Virus record (IMG/VR): IMGVR_UViG_3300047325_000130
Location: 39,637 to 103,636 of that record
Length of the DNA stretch: 64,000 nt
Reading direction: 5' to 3' (one strand)
From: a virus
This document shows, one piece after another, positions 58,351 to 64,000 of this stretch. The stretch's first letter is position 1, and each line of letters starts with the position of its first letter. Made by a program: the position numbers and the translations under genes. Under the pieces are notes generated by a model. That model saw only the letters and a list, made by a program, of their open reading frames with translations. It was not told the DNA's origin and did not search any database.

Positions 58351-58427
58351 AGTATTCTACCGAGCCAGTTTTCTCCAGACAAAGTGCCATCTTTAGTAAA
58401 TGGACATGATATTTTAAAGGATTTGAA

Positions 58428-58655
58428 ATGATAACACCATCACCAGTAGAAGCATTTTTAGTAAAATATAAAACGGCTAAAAGTGTAAACAGTAAAGATT
58501 TAAGGCTCACAATTTTAGAAGCTGAGCAATTATCGATAGGTATTTCATTATTATTAGCACAAGAATCAAAGCTAACTACCAAAATAATCGAGCTGCAAGA
58601 TGCATTATTAGCTGAAAAACAGATTGTAGAGGTTAGCGGCGGAAGTTTTGATTGA
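58428..58655 (+). CDS. Hypothetical protein
   Basis: AAGGA SD; ends VEVSGGSF. Confidence 0.6.
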   Translation: MITPSPVEAFLVKYKTAKSVNSKDLRLTILEAEQLSIGISLLLAQESKLTTKIIELQDALLAEKQIVEVSGGSFD

Positions 58656-58685
58656 CTACAACCAAAAAATTTTTATCATGTAAAT

Positions 58686-59297
58686 ATGACAGAAATTGAT
58701 AATTATTGGACAGGTATACTACCTTTTGATAAAAACTTTAATAAATTTATCCTCAAGCTTGGAAGATTTGATATAGATTCTGGTCCATGGATTGCAGGCG
58801 GATCTGTCAGAAAGCTATGGCAGGGCAAAGATTGGGACGATGGTGATATAGATGTTTGGTTTAGATATAAGGAACAATATTTAGATTTTTGCAAAAGAAT
58901 GATGAAAAAAGGTAAGTGTGTTAGCGTAACTGATAATGCAATTACATTTAAAATTCGATTTAAATTCAAATATATCACTGTTCAAGCTATTTCGACATTT
59001 AGCGATAACATACACGATTTATTAAACAAATTTGATTTTACAATATGTCAGTTCGCCACTGCCAATGGTAATATATATGCAACTCAAAATGCAATCGATG
59101 ATTGCCAAAAAAATAAAATCACACTTAACCCAACTCGATATAGTTCTCAAATAGATTTAAAAAGACTAGTAAAATATTGCGAATATGGATTTAACCCAGA
59201 TCATGAATTGGTTACAGAAGGTTTCAAATTTATCCAAACACACAATTCAAACAATTTCCTTTCTGGATTTGCGGCAAAATCGCAATTATATCGTTGA
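58686..59297 (+). CDS. Pol-beta superfamily nucleotidyltransferase (CCA/poly(A) polymerase head-like)
   Basis: WIAGGSVR, DGDIDVWF, FDFTICQFA. Confidence 0.75.
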   Translation: MTEIDNYWTGILPFDKNFNKFILKLGRFDIDSGPWIAGGSVRKLWQGKDWDDGDIDVWFRYKEQYLDFCKRMMKKGKCVSVTDNAITFKIRFKFKYITVQAISTFSDNIHDLLNKFDFTICQFATANGNIYATQNAIDDCQKNKITLNPTRYSSQIDLKRLVKYCEYGFNPDHELVTEGFKFIQTHNSNNFLSGFAAKSQLYR

Positions 59298-59640
59298 TTT
59301 TTCCGAATATTTGCTTCAAGCAAAATTAGCAGGAGGTCCTATTACATTTATTGAAAATGATAAAAAATATGTAATATGTGATAATGTTATAATTCCGTAT
59401 CCTGTTTTTATAGTTATTTCGATGTATCTTGTTTGGATGTTACATAATAGAAAGACTAACCAACAACATTATCTTATATCTAAAATTAGTGCAAAAGATA
59501 TAAAGAAATACAACCCATCTATGTTTAGATATACCAAATTAAAACATATTAATTTCAAAATTTTAAATTTATTTAACGATTATTTTCTTAAATATAATCA
59601 AGATGAATTAATTAAAATGTTGGTTGATTTGTCTAGGTAA
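59185..59640 (+). CDS. Hypothetical protein (start uncertain)
   Basis: Overlaps the upstream gene. Confidence 0.35.
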   Translation: MDLTQIMNWLQKVSNLSKHTIQTISFLDLRQNRNYIVDFSEYLLQAKLAGGPITFIENDKKYVICDNVIIPYPVFIVISMYLVWMLHNRKTNQQHYLISKISAKDIKKYNPSMFRYTKLKHINFKILNLFNDYFLKYNQDELIKMLVDLSR

Positions 59641-59697
59641 TACCATGTTGTGACCAAATTTGCTAAATATACAGAGTTAGCAAATTAAAGGTGTATA

Positions 59698-60015
59698 ATG
59701 TCCAGGCCAAAACCACAAGTTCTTTTAAGCTATGTAGATAAGAAAACCTATCAAAATCAAGAAGTTTTAGCAGCATCCGGTATCTATGCAGTTTTTTATA
59801 ATGGCGCACCTGTAAACTTACGTAAGATGCATAGTCTTATCAGTTCTCCATCACCTAAGTATCAAAAGTCGTCTTTTGGAAATTACGGGCATGCCTTTAA
59901 TTTGGCCGAAAAATTAAACAAATTATTTAAGACAGACAAGTTTGAAGTTTATGAGTTAACCGGCGGTAAACCAATTATCGAAGATGAAATCAAAAAAATC
60001 AAAGAGGATAAATAA
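59698..60015 (+). CDS. Hypothetical T4-like phage protein
   Basis: MSRPKP.VLL..YAVFY.G.P.NL..PKY.K.SF.N.GHA.NLA.KLN; TAAATA upstream. Confidence 0.7.
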   Translation: MSRPKPQVLLSYVDKKTYQNQEVLAASGIYAVFYNGAPVNLRKMHSLISSPSPKYQKSSFGNYGHAFNLAEKLNKLFKTDKFEVYELTGGKPIIEDEIKKIKEDK

Positions 60016-60053
60016 CCTATCAAAAAAAATCGTTGAGGTAACAAAAGACGATT

Positions 60054-60470
60054 ATGGTAATAGCTCAATCAAAATATGATTTACCTGATATAAGTGCCAA
60101 TGCAGATATTTTAGATTTTTGCACCAATATCAGAAATTCTGTTCAATCAATTTCTGGTCCTTTTTGGTTTGAAGGACAAGACGTTACGTTTATACGAAAA
60201 ACCTTATTCATTAATAAAGGTTGGCGCCTTACCTATGGCGGCGTATTACAATTAGCTTACTATTTCAAAAGTTACAGCATTTCAAATATAGAAAACCAAA
60301 CTCTTACCGCAAAAGTCTTACTTAATATTGATAGCTGCATAAACAGCCCATGGTATGTTGGTTCTAAAGGCAAAGTTACATTATTCGATAGTATACCATT
60401 TTTTGAATTATCGATGTTTGATGGTAATTTGAATAATTTTATTAAATCAATTGCCGTAAATTTACGGTGA
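60054..60470 (+). CDS. Hypothetical protein
   Basis: GWRLT..G...LL.ID.....PWY...L.MFDG. Confidence 0.6.
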   Translation: MVIAQSKYDLPDISANADILDFCTNIRNSVQSISGPFWFEGQDVTFIRKTLFINKGWRLTYGGVLQLAYYFKSYSISNIENQTLTAKVLLNIDSCINSPWYVGSKGKVTLFDSIPFFELSMFDGNLNNFIKSIAVNLR

Positions 60471-60611
60471 ACTGTCACGCTCTAAAGAGTTTCATACTTC
60501 TTATGCGAAGAGATAAAATTAAACCAAAGTTTGACTAGACAAATATAAGACCTGCGAGTACAAAAGAGTATAGGCATTTTAAACAACACAACACCAAAGG
60601 AAAGGCGTTAA

Positions 60612-61790
60612 ATGAGCAAAACTAAAACTAGAATTGCAGATGATAGCACAGTATCACCTAGTCGTTTAAAGATGGCAATTCAACATTGCACTACCATTAA
60701 ACACCCATTGATGATCTGGGGTGCACCTGGTATTGGTAAGAGTGATATCGTTGCAGAAGTGGCTCGTGAACAAAAGCGTCCTCTTATTGACATTCGGTTG
60801 CCGTTACTTGAACCAACTGATTTGCGTGGCATTCCGCATTTGATTGATATTAAGATTACAAGTGCAGACGGAAAGATTTTGCGTGACGATCATGGGGTAG
60901 AACTTACTGAGAAACTATTTAAGTGGTCTAACCCAAGCGATTTGCCTACTGATCCGCTTAGTAATGCATTAGTGTTTTTTGACGAAATGAGCGCAGCATC
61001 CCCTAGCGTACAGGTTGCTACATATCAGATTATTTTAAATCGTAAGATCGGCGATTATACACTACCTGATAATGTTGTAATTGTTGCAGCCGGCAACCGA
61101 GTTAAAGATAAAGGCGTTGCATATAACATGCCTCTGCCGCTTGGTAATAGATTCTCACATCTTACACTTGCTGTTGATTTTGATGATTGGCAGGAATGGG
61201 CTCTATTAAATCGCGTTCATCAAGACATTGTTGGATATTTGAGCTTTTGTCCGGGTGATTTGAATCAGTTTGGTGCAGATGTTGCAACACTTGCTTTTGC
61301 TACACCGCGTAGTTGGTCATTTGTTGATAAGATCATTTCATCCGGTTCTTTGCCCGATGAAGTTTTATCAGACTTGATTAAAGGTACGGTTGGTGACGGG
61401 CCAGGCTTCAAGTTTATGACTTATCGAAAGAGTGCTGCTAATCTACCTGCTGCGAGAGATATTTTAGAAGGCAAAGTTACTAAACTAGCTCTTAAGCAAA
61501 TTGACATCATGTACGCATTGACTACATCATTGTGCTATGGGGTTGTTGATAGCTTTAAGCGTGCAGAAAAAGCAGGTATTACTTCTCAAGAAAGAGAGCA
61601 GGCTGTAGTAAAAGCTCATGCAGATACTGATAATTTCCTACGCTTTACAATGGATAACTTTGAAGATGAGTTGACCGTTATGGGAGCTAAGACGCTTCTA
61701 AGCGTTCATAAGATTCAGATGGAAGCTAAACGGTTGAAAAATTGGAAAGAGTTCTGCAGTCGATTCAAAGAATTAATTCCAAGTATGTAA
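60612..61790 (+). CDS. MoxR-like AAA+ ATPase
   Basis: Walker A GAPGIGKS, Walker B FFDE, AAGNR, NRF, ATPRSW. Confidence 0.9.
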   Translation: MSKTKTRIADDSTVSPSRLKMAIQHCTTIKHPLMIWGAPGIGKSDIVAEVAREQKRPLIDIRLPLLEPTDLRGIPHLIDIKITSADGKILRDDHGVELTEKLFKWSNPSDLPTDPLSNALVFFDEMSAASPSVQVATYQIILNRKIGDYTLPDNVVIVAAGNRVKDKGVAYNMPLPLGNRFSHLTLAVDFDDWQEWALLNRVHQDIVGYLSFCPGDLNQFGADVATLAFATPRSWSFVDKIISSGSLPDEVLSDLIKGTVGDGPGFKFMTYRKSAANLPAARDILEGKVTKLALKQIDIMYALTTSLCYGVVDSFKRAEKAGITSQEREQAVVKAHADTDNFLRFTMDNFEDELTVMGAKTLLSVHKIQMEAKRLKNWKEFCSRFKELIPSM

Positions 61791-61802
61791 GAGAAACTAC
61801 AT

Positions 61803-61835
61803 AACCCTTACTGTATCAAAAGTGCAGTAAGGGTT
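61803..61835 (+). terminator. Intergenic hairpin/terminator
   Basis: aacccttactg..cagtaagggtt followed by a T-rich tract. Confidence 0.55.
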
Positions 61836-61845
61836 TATTTAAAAT

Positions 61846-63150
61846 GTGGGAATAAAAATGACAGATAAGATTTCAGAAAAAGTTACATTTAAAATTAAGA
61901 AGATGAGAATGGAAATGCTATTTCAGCAGCCATTTTTTGGAAACTTAACCATGCAGCTAAAATTAGTAGATGCAACAGATGCTGGTTGGTGTCCTACTGC
62001 GGCAGTTGATGGCATGAACATTTATTATAATCGAGATTTCTTTCATGATATGGAAGAACAGGAGGTTAAATTTGTTCTTGCGCACGAAGTAATGCACGTT
62101 GCTTTAGACCATTTAGGTCGTAGATCTCATAGAGATCCAGAATGGTGGAATATGGCAGCCGACTATGTTATCAACGCGCTGCTGATTGAAGAAAAAATTG
62201 GTAAAATGCCAACTAAGCCTGTCCAGGATAAAGATGGTACAGGAGCAACTGTACAGCGTGTCGGCTTGTACGATCCAAAGTACATAGGTTGGACTAGCGA
62301 AGCTGTATATGATGATCTTGAAAAACGCAAGGTCAAAAAACAAATGACACTTGATGTACATCTTCAACTAGGTAAAGATGGTGACGGTAAGGAAGGTCAG
62401 AAGCAAAGAGGGCAAGGTATGCCCGTCAATATTAGCGAAGAAGATCTAAAGAAAATTCGCGAAGAAATGAAGAATAAGGTTCAACAAAGTGCTCAGGCAG
62501 CAAAAGCGGCAGGTAAAATGCCGGGTAACATTGCACGATTGGTTGATGAGTTAGTTGAACCAAAAATTAGCTGGCGCGATCTTTTGCAGGATACTATTCA
62601 ATCTTGCCTAACTGATGATTTTACATTTATGAAGCCTAATAGACGCTATATGAACAGCGGCATTTTTATGCCGTCGTTAAAGAAAGATAACACTATCGAT
62701 TTAGAAATTTGCATAGATGTTTCTGGATCTATTAGCGATGAAATGGCAAAAGACTTCTTATCTGAAATTTACGGAATTTCAGAAACTTATTCTGATTTTT
62801 CGATAGGTATTTTATGTTTTGATACGCAGATTCATAATCATCAAAAATTTACAAAAGAAGATAATATTTTGGACTATAAAATTACAGGAGGTGGTGGGAC
62901 CGATTTTGGTAATTCATTCATGAAATATTATAGAGACCATGCCGTTGTTCCCAAAAAGCTTATTGTATTTACAGATGGTTACGATTCTAGTCCAGATTGG
63001 GGAATGTCAATTTATGACGGTAGACCACCATTTGATATACTATGGATAATTACAGAGGGCGCTAAGACACATGTCAAAGCGCCGCCGGGCGCCGGCAGAT
63101 GGGTTTGGTATACACATGGTGATGGTGTCGACGATGTTGGAGAATCATAA
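61846..63150 (+). CDS. HEXXH metallopeptidase-like plus vWA protein (DUF2201-like), partner of the AAA ATPase
   Basis: TAAVDG, AHEVMH, WNMAADY.IN; IDVSGSI, GGGTDF, FTDG. Confidence 0.85.
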   Translation: MGIKMTDKISEKVTFKIKKMRMEMLFQQPFFGNLTMQLKLVDATDAGWCPTAAVDGMNIYYNRDFFHDMEEQEVKFVLAHEVMHVALDHLGRRSHRDPEWWNMAADYVINALLIEEKIGKMPTKPVQDKDGTGATVQRVGLYDPKYIGWTSEAVYDDLEKRKVKKQMTLDVHLQLGKDGDGKEGQKQRGQGMPVNISEEDLKKIREEMKNKVQQSAQAAKAAGKMPGNIARLVDELVEPKISWRDLLQDTIQSCLTDDFTFMKPNRRYMNSGIFMPSLKKDNTIDLEICIDVSGSISDEMAKDFLSEIYGISETYSDFSIGILCFDTQIHNHQKFTKEDNILDYKITGGGGTDFGNSFMKYYRDHAVVPKKLIVFTDGYDSSPDWGMSIYDGRPPFDILWIITEGAKTHVKAPPGAGRWVWYTHGDGVDDVGES

Positions 63151-63931
63151 AACAAACCGATTACGTACTAATTTCCACTCCGGATAAAGTTTTTCAAACT
63201 TTATAATTTCCTCATATAGTTCGACTATAGTAAGAGATGAAAGTCTACCTTTCTTAGAATTTTCATCTCTTGTTATAATTTTACAATTGGCCGGATGAGA
63301 TATCAAATTAGGTTCAATTGAATAACCAACCGTAATTTCTAGAAAGTCTATGATCTCTAACTACACCCTTTATTACTTGTACCCGGCGAAAACCAACCTA
63401 ACTTCTTAAGTAAATCAAGATCAAACCAATTTGGAAAATCATATACATTAAACCTAAATTCAACCATTTCATAATATTTTTCTTTTTCTGATTTTCATAG
63501 AAATTATGTTCTGAAAAACATTTAACGCTACAGAATTTCTTACTTATTGGCGTGCCAGATGAAATTTTAATTAAATTTATACAATGTTCATTTTTGCATT
63601 TAATGTTATATGGTTCAAACCAATCACCATTACGTTTTAGATAACATTCTCTACAACAATATACTTGATCGGGTTCTTTATTTGGCACTTCAAATGTTTC
63701 GTTACAAGTTAAACAATCACGTGTAATAGGTTTTGAATAACCGACACCTACCCGATAACATTCCCAACTACAATAACGTTTCTTATCACCTATTGTAAAA
63801 ATATTTCCACATGTATCACAATTAGCTTTGGGTTGATTATTTCTTTTATATTCATAATGACATTTTCTACTACAATAGTTAACAATCTCATAGTATTTTA
63901 TTACTTGGATTGATTTTTGTGACGTGGGCAC
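63150..63931 (-). pseudogene. HNH endonuclease with CSxxC zinc repeats, multiply frameshifted
   Basis: YCSRKC/YCSWEC/FCSVKC repeats; out-of-frame continuations FRFNVYDFP..LGWFSP, GVVRDH, ISHPANC..ENSKK. Confidence 0.7.
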
Positions 63932-64000
63932 TATTTGTCCCTCGATGTAATATATTAATAGCTGCGTTCAAATCAGCATCTATTTCTACACCACATGAAT
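63888..64000 (-). CDS. tnpB: C-terminal end of a second TnpB (runs off the window)
   Basis: Minus-strand frame SCGVEIDADLNAAINILHRG...stop at 63888. Confidence 0.75.
   Translation of the reverse strand, partial: SCGVEIDADLNAAINILHRGTNSAHVTKINPSNKIL

Noticed and set aside
1-64000. Stop-codon reassignment (alternative genetic code)
   Set aside because: Long core genes are open in code 11 and genes end in all three stops; the broken genes change frame rather than read through.

Overview
Fragment of an AT-rich, T4-like/jumbo dsDNA phage genome. Evidence: family B DNA polymerase, clamp-like and DsbA-like genes, T4-type RNase H, ATP-dependent ligase, tail-fibre-like genes and TAAATA late promoters. 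Early promoters of the form TTGGTTGAC-N15-TGCTA and several apparently leaderless genes suggest an alphaproteobacterial host (inference). Main modules in order: (1) tandem array of translationally coupled 21-aa LRR-like repeat proteins with shuffled repeat modules and hypervariable strand positions (553-3585, plus a dispersed member at 47262); (2) hsp20 and a vWA pair, each with a structured leader; (3) a ~520-nt hairpin-dense non-coding region (candidate large RNA); (4) NAD salvage pair nadM-Nudix/nadV, both preceded by the same covarying two-hairpin leader; (5) a GC-rich insert and an early-gene region; (6) ligase, a candidate small RNA, and a KxDG protein/cytidyltransferase pair; (7) PolB with a LAGLIDADG intein in ExoII; (8) a PlcP/Agt-like lipid-remodelling pair; (9) a dispersed 7-deazaguanine DNA-modification set (DpdL-like T-fold, two glycosyltransferases, DpdA-like, FolE, QueE) invaded by homing-endonuclease genes that duplicated their target codons; (10) a TnpB-only IS200/IS605 element in a NADAR pseudogene, a MoxR/vWA pair, an HNH pseudogene and the tail of a second TnpB. 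No tRNA, rRNA or CRISPR array was recognised. All family calls come from motifs read by eye; no searches or folding programs were run.
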